Shown: in pieces, positions 43,472 to 52,460 of the stretch
Layout of the letters: each line of letters starts with the position of its first letter
How positions within the stretch are numbered: position 1 is the stretch's first letter
DNA from: Alphaproteobacteria bacterium
GTDB lineage: Bacteria; Pseudomonadota; Alphaproteobacteria; GM7ARS4; G965262615
Direction of reading: 5' to 3'
Assembly: GCA_965262615.1 (NCBI GenBank)
Contig: OZ253545.1
Span: 1,024,001-1,088,000, forward strand
DNA: 64,000 nucleotides
Made by a program: the position numbers and the translations under genes
The notes under the pieces: generated by a model
The model's input: the letters and a program-made list of their open reading frames with translations, nothing else
Database searches by the model: none
Told to the model about the DNA's origin: nothing

Positions 43472-44740
43472 TATGAGATTGATACTTGCTCAACCTCACG
43501 CTCTTGCCGAGTCGCTGATACAGCGCGGCTTGAAAAGTAGTGATGAAGCTTTTGCTTTGCTTGCCGATTTAAAGAAAAAAGATGAAGCATTGCGAATTAC
43601 GCTTACCCAATTGCAGAGATTGCAGGAACGGCGCAATGCTCTTTCTAAAGATATTGGCGGCAAAAAAAGCAGAGGCGAAGATTCCAGCACAGAGGAACAA
43701 GCCGTCAGTGCCATCAAAGAGGAGCGAGTGGCACTGGAGAAAAAAGCCGACCAGCAAAAACAAGAGATTCATAATATTTTGGCTAACCTTCCGAATCTTT
43801 TGGATGATTCTGTGCCAGATGGAGCAGATGAGAGCAACAACAAAGTGCTTGATTCATGGGGTGATGTCAAAAAAGGCGATGACTTTCTGGATCATGTGGC
43901 GTTGGGGGAGCGTCTAGGATTGATGGATTTTGGCGTGGCGGCACAGATGGCGGGGGCGCGTTTTGTGGTGTTGCGAGGGGCATTGGCGCGTTTGGAGCGG
44001 GCTTTGGCATCCTTCATGCTGCACACCCATTGCCAGCAGCACGGCTATGAAGAGGTCGCGCCGCCTCTGTTGGTGCGCGACCGTGCTCTTTACGGCACGG
44101 GACAATTGCCCAAATTCAGTGAGGATTTGTATCAGACGCGTGAGGGCTGGTGGCTCTCGCCCACGGCAGAGGTGCAACTCGCCAATGTGGTGGCACAACA
44201 GACACTGGATGAGGCATCGTTGCCGTTGCGTCTGACGGCTCACACGGCGTGTTTTCGCTCGGAAGCAGGCGCGGCGGGAAAGGACACCCGAGGCATGATT
44301 CGCCAGCATCAGTTCTACAAGGTGGAACTGGTGTCGGTGTGTCATCCCAGCCAATCGGCTGACGAGCATGAACGCATGACGCAATGCGCCGAAGCCATCC
44401 TGCGTGCGTTGCAATTGCCCTATCGCAAGGTGCTGCTCTGTTCTGGCGACACCGGATTCGCCGCACAAAAAACCTACGATTTGGAAGTGTGGATGGCAGG
44501 GCAACAGTGTTATCGCGAAATTTCCAGTTCATCCAATTGTGGCGATTTTCAGGCGCGCCGTCTGGGATGCATGGTGAAGGGCGCGAGCGGCAAGTGCTAT
44601 GCTCACACACTCAATGCCTCTGGCGTGGCGGTGGGACGCTGTCTAATTTCTGTGATGGAGAACTATCAGAAAGATGGCTCAATTGTCAAATTCCTGATGT
44701 GTTACAACCCTACCTCGGCGGAATGAAACGAATTGAGTGA
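43464..44740 (+). CDS. serS: Serine--tRNA ligase with apparent -1 frameshift near the 3' end (in-frame stop at 44726)
   Basis: GTGQLPKF, PTAEV, FRSEAG, IRQHQF, YREISS, HTLN; conserved tail IPDVLQPYLGG lies in the -1 frame. Confidence 0.95.
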
Positions 44741-44752
44741 TGGGTGAAAATG

Positions 44753-44780
44753 TTGCGAAAAAGGTGTGATGGGATATAAT
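44753..44780 (+). promoter_or_regulatory. Putative sigma70 promoter (leaderless) of the Sel1 island
   Basis: TTGCGA(44753-58), 16 bp, TATAAT(44775-80), 6 nt to ATG 44787. Confidence 0.6.
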
Positions 44781-44786
44781 AAAGGC

Positions 44787-45149
44787 ATGGCTAAAGACAA
44801 TACAAAAAATAATGCGGGTGCTGGCTTAGTTCCTCAAACTATGGCGGGAGAAATCTTGCACCATCTCAGCGATGCTTGGCGCAGGATTTTGTGGCTGACG
44901 GCGTTTCTTATTCCTTTTGTGTATGTCATGGCGTTGAGTATCAATGAATTGGTAGAGATTTTACCGATTTTGCAAGACTATTGGTCGGCATCGGAAGTGT
45001 ATGGTATGACCAGTGGCATTGAAATAGCGGCGGTATTTCTTATATCACTGGTTGTATTTATGGTGCTGACAATTTTCATCACCATTTTTGTGGTGATGCT
45101 GAAAATCATAAGACAATTGCTGTTGCTGGATAAGGAGCGTAAGCAATGA
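44787..45149 (+). CDS. Hypothetical 2-TM membrane protein
   Basis: Two long hydrophobic segments; ATGA overlap with the next gene. Confidence 0.7.
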   Translation: MAKDNTKNNAGAGLVPQTMAGEILHHLSDAWRRILWLTAFLIPFVYVMALSINELVEILPILQDYWSASEVYGMTSGIEIAAVFLISLVVFMVLTIFITIFVVMLKIIRQLLLLDKERKQ

Positions 45150-45886
45150 CTTTTTTGAAAGAAAAGAGCTTATTGGTGATGAGATACACGCCAACAATTC
45201 TCATCATGATGGCGGCGATGGTTTTTGCTTATGATTTTTTGATGGCGATGGGTCGCATCATCTTCAATCTGGATTTTCTCACATCACACACACTGATTTA
45301 TGTGATGATGTTTGTGATGTTTGTTTTTTTCTCTGGGGCGATGATTGCCATCATCATCAATCACATAGAGGATTTGCGTCATACGCCACAGGTGAAAGAC
45401 TACGATCAAGCGGTGGCACAATACAATCGCGGCGTCTCCTACTACTACGGCGAGGGGGTGGCGAAGGACGATCAAGAAGCTTTTCAATGGTTTGCAAAGG
45501 CTGCCGAACAGGGACTTGCTCAAGCTCAATATAATCTGGGTCTGATGTATGATCGCGGCGAAGGCATCAAAAAAGATAAAGCAGAGGCGGCGCGCTGGTG
45601 GCTCAAAGCCGCCGAGCAACGGCTTGTTCTGGCTCAATACAATCTTGGTGTCATGTATGCCGAAGGGCGAGGGGTGAAGCGGAATCAGGAAAAAGCAATG
45701 GAATGGTATCAAAAAGCCGCCAAGCAAGGTTATGCCTCAGCCCAATATAATCTTGGTATCATGTATGCCAATGGCGGCGGTATGACAAAGAATGAAAAGC
45801 AAGCCATGCACTGGTGGCGCAAAGCCGCCCAACAAGGCGATGCCCAAGCCCAAGAAGCTTTGAATAAACTCAATTCACCCCCATAA
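45146..45886 (+). CDS. Membrane-anchored Sel1-repeat protein (4 repeats)
   Basis: 2 N-term TM segments, then four 36-aa AQYNxGxxYxxGxG...WxxKAAxQ units. Confidence 0.92.
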   Translation: MTFLKEKSLLVMRYTPTILIMMAAMVFAYDFLMAMGRIIFNLDFLTSHTLIYVMMFVMFVFFSGAMIAIIINHIEDLRHTPQVKDYDQAVAQYNRGVSYYYGEGVAKDDQEAFQWFAKAAEQGLAQAQYNLGLMYDRGEGIKKDKAEAARWWLKAAEQRLVLAQYNLGVMYAEGRGVKRNQEKAMEWYQKAAKQGYASAQYNLGIMYANGGGMTKNEKQAMHWWRKAAQQGDAQAQEALNKLNSPP

Positions 45887-45950
45887 CTTCAATGAGGCGG
45901 CGTGTTGCAAAAAACATGGACGGGGAGTGCAATTGTGATATATTTAACAC

Positions 45951-47366
45951 ATGGCTGATTCTAATTTGAAAATCATATTAGAATTCATCAAAGAATACGC
46001 GCCTCGCAATTGGCTGAAAGCTCTTGCGATATTATTTTGCATCTATCTAGGGTTTTTCTTCTCTAATTTAATAGCGGATGAGCTAGAGAAATTATCAGAA
46101 GTAGGGGTAATTTTTGCGACTGCCTTCTTTTGCATTGCCGTATTTTCTAGCCAAATTATTAAACCACTGCAATTAGTGGTAAATAAAGTAGCTGCTGACA
46201 TTTCTGCTGGAATTAAAAATTTGGTTTTATTCATAGAAGGTTTGTTTTTTGGCTCGCCGCAAGGGTATTTCAACTACGGCTTAGAATGTCTTTCTAGCAA
46301 TAATTATAACGAAGCTACCAAATGGTTTGAAAAAGCTGCTCAAAGAGGTCTTGCCCAAGCTCAATTCAATCTAGGTGTAGCTTATTACAATGGCTATGGT
46401 GTGACACAGGATACAACCCAAGCAGTCAAGTGGTACACAAAAGCTGCTGGGCAAGGTCTTGCCGAAGCTCAATCCAATCTAGGTGTGATGTATCATAATG
46501 GCGAAGGTGTGAAACAAAATGATCGGAAGGCGGCACAATGGATTAAAAAAGCTGCCCAACAAAATCTTGCTCCAGCCCAATATAATCTAGGAGTGGCTTA
46601 TGCCAATGGCGATGGTGTTACGAAGGATACAACAAAAGCAGTCAAGTGGCATAAAAAAGCTGCCCAACAAGGTCTTGCCGAAGCCCAATACAATCTTGGC
46701 GTGGCTTATCATAAAGGCAGGGGTGTGATACAGAATCAAAAAAAAGCAGTCAAGTGTTTCACAAAAGCTGCCCAACAAGGTTATGCCTTAGCCCAAAATA
46801 ATCTAGGTGTGATGTATCTCAATGGCAATGGTGTGACGCAGGATGAGAAAGAAGCAGTCAAGTGGTTTGAAAAAGCTACTGGGCAAGGTCATGCCGAAGC
46901 CCAATATAATCTAGGTTTGGCTTATCACAAAGGCGAGGGCGTGATACAAAATACTGGAAAGGCGGTATATTGGGTTAAAAAAGCTGCCCAACAAGGTCAT
47001 GCTAAAGCCCAATATAATCTAGGTGTGGCTTATGCCAAAGGCGAGGGTGAGAGGCAGGATTATACAGAAGCAGTCAAGTGGTTCAAAGAAGCTGCACAAC
47101 AAGGTCTTGCCGAAGCCCAATCTAATCTAGGTGTGATGTATCTCAATGGCGATGGTGTGCCACAGGATACAACCCAAGCAGTCAAGTGTTTCACAAAAGC
47201 TGCCCAACAAGGTTTTGCTCTAGCCCAAAATAATTTAGGTGTGATGTATCTCAATGGCGATGGTGTGCCACAGGATACAACCCAAGCAGTCAAGTGGCTC
47301 ACAAAAGCTGCCCAACAAGGTTTTGCTCCAGCCCAAGAAGTTTTGGATAAAATCAAAAAATCATGA
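45951..47366 (+). CDS. Membrane-anchored Sel1-repeat protein (9 full + 1 degenerate repeat)
   Basis: N-term TM segments, then tandem 36-aa Sel1 units; AT-rich. Confidence 0.95.
   Translation: MADSNLKIILEFIKEYAPRNWLKALAILFCIYLGFFFSNLIADELEKLSEVGVIFATAFFCIAVFSSQIIKPLQLVVNKVAADISAGIKNLVLFIEGLFFGSPQGYFNYGLECLSSNNYNEATKWFEKAAQRGLAQAQFNLGVAYYNGYGVTQDTTQAVKWYTKAAGQGLAEAQSNLGVMYHNGEGVKQNDRKAAQWIKKAAQQNLAPAQYNLGVAYANGDGVTKDTTKAVKWHKKAAQQGLAEAQYNLGVAYHKGRGVIQNQKKAVKCFTKAAQQGYALAQNNLGVMYLNGNGVTQDEKEAVKWFEKATGQGHAEAQYNLGLAYHKGEGVIQNTGKAVYWVKKAAQQGHAKAQYNLGVAYAKGEGERQDYTEAVKWFKEAAQQGLAEAQSNLGVMYLNGDGVPQDTTQAVKCFTKAAQQGFALAQNNLGVMYLNGDGVPQDTTQAVKWLTKAAQQGFAPAQEVLDKIKKS
46330..47337 (+). repeat. 108-bp tandem coding repeat array
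   Basis: Recurrent AAAGCTGCCCAACAAGG / AATCTAGGTGTG; identical 61-bp block at 47128 and 47236. Confidence 0.92.
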
Positions 47367-48314
47367 GGAAAAAGTCTCGCAGTTCTTAAAGTATTTCCAT
47401 GTTTGTTTTAGTCCGTTATTGAGTTTGATGGTTGGTTGCCATCCGAGCCATTTGTGGGCGCGAGTGATATCGGGGCATCGTTGCATGGGGTCATCTTGCG
47501 GCAGTGGCTCGTGGGTGATGCCGCCATTGCTTTTGGTCATGGAGAGCACCATTTCAGCCAGTTGCATGATGGAGAACTCATCCTGATTGCCCAGATTCAC
47601 TGCGCCATCCAGGGGCGTGGCGTGATTCATGAGGGCAAGCAAGCCGTCAATCATGTCATCCACATAGCAAAAGCTGCGGGTTTGTGAGCCGTCTCCATAG
47701 ACGGTCAGGGGTTTGCCGCCGATGGCTTGGTTGAGAAAATTGCTGATGACTCTGCCGTCTTTTTGATCCATGAAGGGACCGTAGCTGTTGAAGATGCGGG
47801 CGACGCGCACATCCAGCTGATGGCGGCGTTTGAAATCAAAGCACAGGCTTTCTGCGACGCGTTTTCCCTCATCGTAACAGGCACGAATGCCACAGGGATT
47901 GACATGCCCTCGGTATTCCTCTTTTTGCGGATGCTCTTGCGGGTCGCCATAGACTTCACTGGTGGAGGCTTGCACCATCACCGCCTGATGCTCATGTGCC
48001 AGCCGAAGCATGTGCAGCGTTCCCACAAAGCAGGTCTCACTGGTGAAAATGGGATCTTTTTGATACAGAGGCGGCGAGGCAGGACACGCAAGATGATAGA
48101 TCTGATCAAGAGGCGTGGGCGGCAAAGACAACGGATGGCGAATGTCATGCTCAATCAGTGTGAAATGAGGGTGTGGTGTCAGGTCATGAACATGAGACGG
48201 GTCGCAGCTGTAGAAATTATCCACGCAAATGACATGATGACCATCGTTAAGCAATTGGCGGCATAAATTGATTCCCAAAAAGCCCGCACCGCCGGTCACC
48301 AAAATGTTAGACAT
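47361..48314 (-). CDS. UDP-glucuronate decarboxylase (UDP-xylose synthase)
   Basis: TGGAGFLG, YHLACPASP, ASTSEVYGDP, CYDEGKR, DGRVISNF, QTRSFCYVDD. Confidence 0.93.
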   Translation of the reverse strand: MSNILVTGGAGFLGINLCRQLLNDGHHVICVDNFYSCDPSHVHDLTPHPHFTLIEHDIRHPLSLPPTPLDQIYHLACPASPPLYQKDPIFTSETCFVGTLHMLRLAHEHQAVMVQASTSEVYGDPQEHPQKEEYRGHVNPCGIRACYDEGKRVAESLCFDFKRRHQLDVRVARIFNSYGPFMDQKDGRVISNFLNQAIGGKPLTVYGDGSQTRSFCYVDDMIDGLLALMNHATPLDGAVNLGNQDEFSIMQLAEMVLSMTKSNGGITHEPLPQDDPMQRCPDITRAHKWLGWQPTIKLNNGLKQTWKYFKNCETFSS

Positions 48315-49644
48315 GGCAAATCCCGTGTTGAATACATGTCCAGCCTTGTTGATGCAGCTGAGTGCCATCATAAATGTTGCGGCAATCCACAAGCACAGGG
48401 CGCGACAATTGGTTCTGGACGCGCTTCATATCAGCCTCACGATAGGCGGGCATATTGAGGGTGACCACCAGTGCATCGGCATCGGTGAGGGCATCGTATG
48501 GAGAGTCATGAATGATGGTGACAGAATCTCTGCCGGCAAAATAGCGAGCGAGATTTTCATGGGCGATGGCATCATGCAATGTGGCAAACGCGCCGTTCTC
48601 CAGCAGTGTGTCAATCAAGAAGAGGGCGGGGGATTTGCGAATGTCATCGGTCTGTTCTTTGAACGCGCCGCCCCAGAAGGCAAAGCGTTTGCCGGTGATG
48701 TGATTGTCAAAGTGCGTGAGAATTTTCTTGGCAATGATTTCTTTTTGTTGTTCGTTAATCATATCCACGGCGTTCAGCAGGCTGGTTTGATAATGAAGTT
48801 CTTTGTCACAGAAGGATTGCAATCCTTTGACATCTTTGGGAAAGCAGCTGCCGCCATAGCCGATGCCGGCACTGATGAAATGAGGTCCGATGCGCTCATC
48901 CATTGAGATGGCGGCTCGGATGTCTTGCACACGAGCTCCGGTGCGTTCCGCAATGGCTGCCATTTCATTGATGAAACTAATCTTGGTGGCCAGCATGGCG
49001 TTGGCGGCGTATTTGGAGAGCTCGGCACTTTCAAGATTCATATAGAGCAGTTTGTCGTCAGATAATGTGAGGAAATCATAGAGCTGTGCACACCGAGCAA
49101 AAGCCTCACGATTGCGCGCGCCAATGACAATGCGATCGGGCTTCATGAAATCCGATATGGAAGTTCCCTCGCACAAAAATTCGGGGTTAGACACAACATC
49201 AACATGAGCCGATACTTTGCGTTTTTTGAGACCCTTATCAATGATGTCTTCAATCTTTTTATTGGTGCCCACAGGAACGGTGGATTTGGTCACCACAAGA
49301 CAATCATGAGTCAGATTATTGGCAAGGGTTTGACTGACCGCCAACACAAAAGAGAGATCCTTTGAATTGGTCTCATCATTAAAGGGGGTGCCAACACAGA
49401 TGAAGATGGCATCGCTGTGAGGCAGGTGTTCTTTGAGTTGTGTGGTCAATTCCAACCGTCCGGATTTTAGTCCATCGCGCAAATAGTCGGCAAGAGACTC
49501 TTCATAGATGGTGGTGTGTCCTTGTTGTAATTGGTGGATTTTGTCTTTATCCACATCCACACATATGACATGATGCCTTTTGGCAAAACAGACGGCGGAG
49601 ATGAGTCCCACATAGCCAGCACCGATGATGACGAGTTTTTTCAT
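48307..49644 (-). CDS. ugd: UDP-glucose 6-dehydrogenase
   Basis: GAGYVG, ICVGTP, KSTVPVGT, NPEFL, KYAANA, GYGGSCFPKD. Confidence 0.95.
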   Translation of the reverse strand: MKKLVIIGAGYVGLISAVCFAKRHHVICVDVDKDKIHQLQQGHTTIYEESLADYLRDGLKSGRLELTTQLKEHLPHSDAIFICVGTPFNDETNSKDLSFVLAVSQTLANNLTHDCLVVTKSTVPVGTNKKIEDIIDKGLKKRKVSAHVDVVSNPEFLCEGTSISDFMKPDRIVIGARNREAFARCAQLYDFLTLSDDKLLYMNLESAELSKYAANAMLATKISFINEMAAIAERTGARVQDIRAAISMDERIGPHFISAGIGYGGSCFPKDVKGLQSFCDKELHYQTSLLNAVDMINEQQKEIIAKKILTHFDNHITGKRFAFWGGAFKEQTDDIRKSPALFLIDTLLENGAFATLHDAIAHENLARYFAGRDSVTIIHDSPYDALTDADALVVTLNMPAYREADMKRVQNQLSRPVLVDCRNIYDGTQLHQQGWTCIQHGICHV

Positions 49645-50368
49645 GTCTTCTTTTATCATTGCAGCCAATTGGAAAATGAATGTGAGTCGCGCCACAGCAC
49701 TGGCACTGACTGGCGATACTATCACACTGATGAACAAAATCAAGGCGGTGAGTTCCGTTTTGTTTTTTGCCCCTGCGCCGTTGGTGGAGGCGGTGAGTTC
49801 GGTGTGTGATTCTGATATGGTGGGAGCACAGGATTGTCATGAGGAGGCACGGGGAGCTTACACGGGCGGCGTGGCGGCATCGCACTTGTATGATGTGGGG
49901 GCGCGCATTGTTCTTGTTGGTCACAGCGAGTGTCGTCAGCGTGGTGACGATGACGAACGGATTGCTCAAAAAATACAAAGAGCTCACGAGGCGGGGCTGA
50001 AGACGATTTTATGCGTGGGGGAATCTCTCAGCCAAAGGGAAGAAGGCAGGCAATTGGAGGTGGTGGCGCGCCAAATGGCTCTTGGCATCGCACCGTATGC
50101 CATTGCGTATGAGCCGTTGTGGGCGATTGGCACGGGTCGTGTGCCTCATGGTGAGGAGATTGCGGCGATGCATCATCATATTGGCGGTTTGTTTGATGGG
50201 GCGATTTTGTATGGCGGGTCGGTCACGGGTGACAATGCGTCTGAGCTGTGTTGTGTGGCGGGGGTTGACGGATTGTTGGTGGGGGGCGCGAGTTTGAGCC
50301 TTGACACCTTTGCTGCAATCGTGCAAGGCGTGGAAACATCTCTTGCCAACAGGAACAAGCTGAAGTAG
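49643..50368 (+). CDS. tpiA: Triosephosphate isomerase
   Basis: ANWKMN, GAYTG, GHSE, AYEPLWAIGTG, LYGGSV, LVGGASL. Confidence 0.97.
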   Translation: MSSFIIAANWKMNVSRATALALTGDTITLMNKIKAVSSVLFFAPAPLVEAVSSVCDSDMVGAQDCHEEARGAYTGGVAASHLYDVGARIVLVGHSECRQRGDDDERIAQKIQRAHEAGLKTILCVGESLSQREEGRQLEVVARQMALGIAPYAIAYEPLWAIGTGRVPHGEEIAAMHHHIGGLFDGAILYGGSVTGDNASELCCVAGVDGLLVGGASLSLDTFAAIVQGVETSLANRNKLK

Positions 50369-50371
50369 AGT
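50343..50371 (+). promoter_or_regulatory. Putative sigma70 promoter (leaderless) of secG-pyrG
   Basis: TTGCCA(50343-48), 17 bp, TAGAGT(50366-71), 6 nt to ATG 50378. Confidence 0.6.
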
Positions 50372-50377
50372 GAGCCC

Positions 50378-50794
50378 ATGCCGTTGACATTACTGATTAT
50401 TCACATGCTCATTGCATTGGGTCTGGTGTTTTTGATTTTGATTCAACGCTCCGAGGGGGGCGGTTTGGGCATTGGCGGCGATCCCATGCAGATGATGGGG
50501 GGGCGCGGCACAGCCACCATCTTGACTCGTGCCACCGCATGGATGGCGGCATTGTTTATGGCATCCAGCTTGTTGCTCACGATGGTTGCCGATCGCGGTG
50601 ATGGCGTCTCGTCCATCATTGACTTGGAAGATGCGTCTCAATCGCCTGAATTGTTAGATGCGCCTCCCACCGTTCCCATTGATGATTTGCTCACCATTGA
50701 TCCCATAGAATCGCTTGATTCTGAGAATGATCCTCTTCGGCTTTTGCCCTCTGAGGGCGGTCGCAGTCTTTCTCCTTCTCCGCCCATAGAGTGA
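50378..50794 (+). CDS. secG: Preprotein translocase subunit SecG
   Basis: ILIQRSEGGGLG, LTRAT; tpiA-secG-pyrG order. Confidence 0.94.
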   Translation: MPLTLLIIHMLIALGLVFLILIQRSEGGGLGIGGDPMQMMGGRGTATILTRATAWMAALFMASSLLLTMVADRGDGVSSIIDLEDASQSPELLDAPPTVPIDDLLTIDPIESLDSENDPLRLLPSEGGRSLSPSPPIE

Positions 50795-50804
50795 TGCGCT
50801 GGCT

Positions 50805-52460
50805 GTGACTTCCTCATCGGCGGCAGGTGTCAAATACATTTTTGTCACCGGTGGCGTGACCTCGTCTCTTGGCAAGGGGGTTGCCACTGCTGCCATCGGC
50901 GCATTGTTGCAGGCAAGAGGACTCAAGACGCGTTTGCGCAAACTAGACCCCTATCTCAACATTGACCCAGGCACCATGAGTCCTTTTCAGCATGGCGAGG
51001 TTTTCATCACCGATGATGGTTGCGAGACCGATTTGGACTTGGGATACTATGAGCGTTTTACCAATCAATCGTCACACGGCAGTGACAGCATCACGGCGGG
51101 GCGCATCTATGCCGATTTGTTGGAGCGCGAACGGCGAGGCGATTTTCTTGGCGCAACGGTGCAGGTCATTCCCCATGTGACCGATGCCATCAAGAATTTC
51201 ATCACCAATGATTTGCAAGATGAGGATGTGGTGATTTGCGAAATCGGCGGCACGGCAGGAGATATTGAAAGCTTGCCTTTTTTGGAAGCCATTCGGCAAA
51301 TGCGTCATGAGCTTGGCTGGCGGGAGACTTTTTTTATCCATGCGACTTTGGTGCCGTGGCTGGCGGCGGCGGGGGAGCTCAAAACCAAGCCCACCCAACA
51401 TTCGGTGAAGGAATTGCTCAAGGCGGGAATTCAAACCGACATGTTGCTGTGTCGCACGGAACATGGGTTGGATGAATTGATTAAGAACAAGATTAGTCTG
51501 TTTTGCAATGTGCGCCCTGAGGCGGTCATTGAAGCCAAAGACACCGATACCATTTATCAAGTGCCTCTTGATTTTCACGCACAAAAGCTGGATACGCAGA
51601 TTTGTCAACACTTTGACTGGAAGACGGGCGAAGCCGATGTCGGCAAATGGCATGATCTCACGCATCGCATTCGCTCACCTCAGCGTGATGTTGCCGTTGC
51701 GGTGGTGGGAAAATACACCGAATTGACGGATTCTTATAAATCGTTGGTGGAGGCTTTGCTTCATGGCGGTCTTGTTCATGAAACGGCGGTTGAAATCAAG
51801 TGGTTGGACTCTGATATTTTCTTAAAAGAGGATTCATTACAGGATATTATGGAGAATGTTTCTGGTATTCTTGTGCCGGGTGGCTTTGGCAAGCGCGGCA
51901 GTGAGGGCAAGATGGCGGCGGCGCGTCTGGCTCGCACGCGCGCCATTCCGTATTTGGGCATTTGTCTGGGCATGCAGATGGCGGTGGTTGAAGCGGTGCG
52001 CGCCAAAACCGATTTGCAAGGTGTGGGCTCTACCGAATTTGATGATGGCTGTGCTCATCCCATTGTGGGCTTGATGGAGGAGTGGCAAAAGGATGGCTCT
52101 ACGGTCACGCGCGATGGCATCAAAGAGGGCATGGGAGGCACGATGCGGCTGGGTAGTTATGAGTGTGTGTTGACGAAGAAGAGTTTGTGTCATCGTATTT
52201 ATGGCAAGTCGCGCATTTGGGAGCGGCATCGCCATCGGTATGAGGTCAATATCGGTTATGAGGATGTGATGCGCCAAGCCGGCATGACAATCGCAGGACG
52301 CTCCCCAGACGGCAATTTGCCTGAAATTGTGGAGATGGAGAATCACCCGTGGTTTGTGGGAGTGCAATTTCATCCTGAAATCAAGTCTCGCCCACTGACA
52401 CCGCATCCGTTGTTTGCCGACTTCATTCGGGCAACGGTGGAATACGGTCATTTGATTTGA
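50805..52460 (+). CDS. pyrG: CTP synthase
   Basis: VTGGVTSSLGKG, DPGTMSPFQHGEV, GICLGMQ, QFHPE. Confidence 0.99.
   Translation: MTSSSAAGVKYIFVTGGVTSSLGKGVATAAIGALLQARGLKTRLRKLDPYLNIDPGTMSPFQHGEVFITDDGCETDLDLGYYERFTNQSSHGSDSITAGRIYADLLERERRGDFLGATVQVIPHVTDAIKNFITNDLQDEDVVICEIGGTAGDIESLPFLEAIRQMRHELGWRETFFIHATLVPWLAAAGELKTKPTQHSVKELLKAGIQTDMLLCRTEHGLDELIKNKISLFCNVRPEAVIEAKDTDTIYQVPLDFHAQKLDTQICQHFDWKTGEADVGKWHDLTHRIRSPQRDVAVAVVGKYTELTDSYKSLVEALLHGGLVHETAVEIKWLDSDIFLKEDSLQDIMENVSGILVPGGFGKRGSEGKMAAARLARTRAIPYLGICLGMQMAVVEAVRAKTDLQGVGSTEFDDGCAHPIVGLMEEWQKDGSTVTRDGIKEGMGGTMRLGSYECVLTKKSLCHRIYGKSRIWERHRHRYEVNIGYEDVMRQAGMTIAGRSPDGNLPEIVEMENHPWFVGVQFHPEIKSRPLTPHPLFADFIRATVEYGHLI

Noticed and set aside
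46330-47337. Regularly spaced repeats as a possible CRISPR array
   Set aside because: In-frame 108-bp coding Sel1 units, no unique spacers, no cas genes
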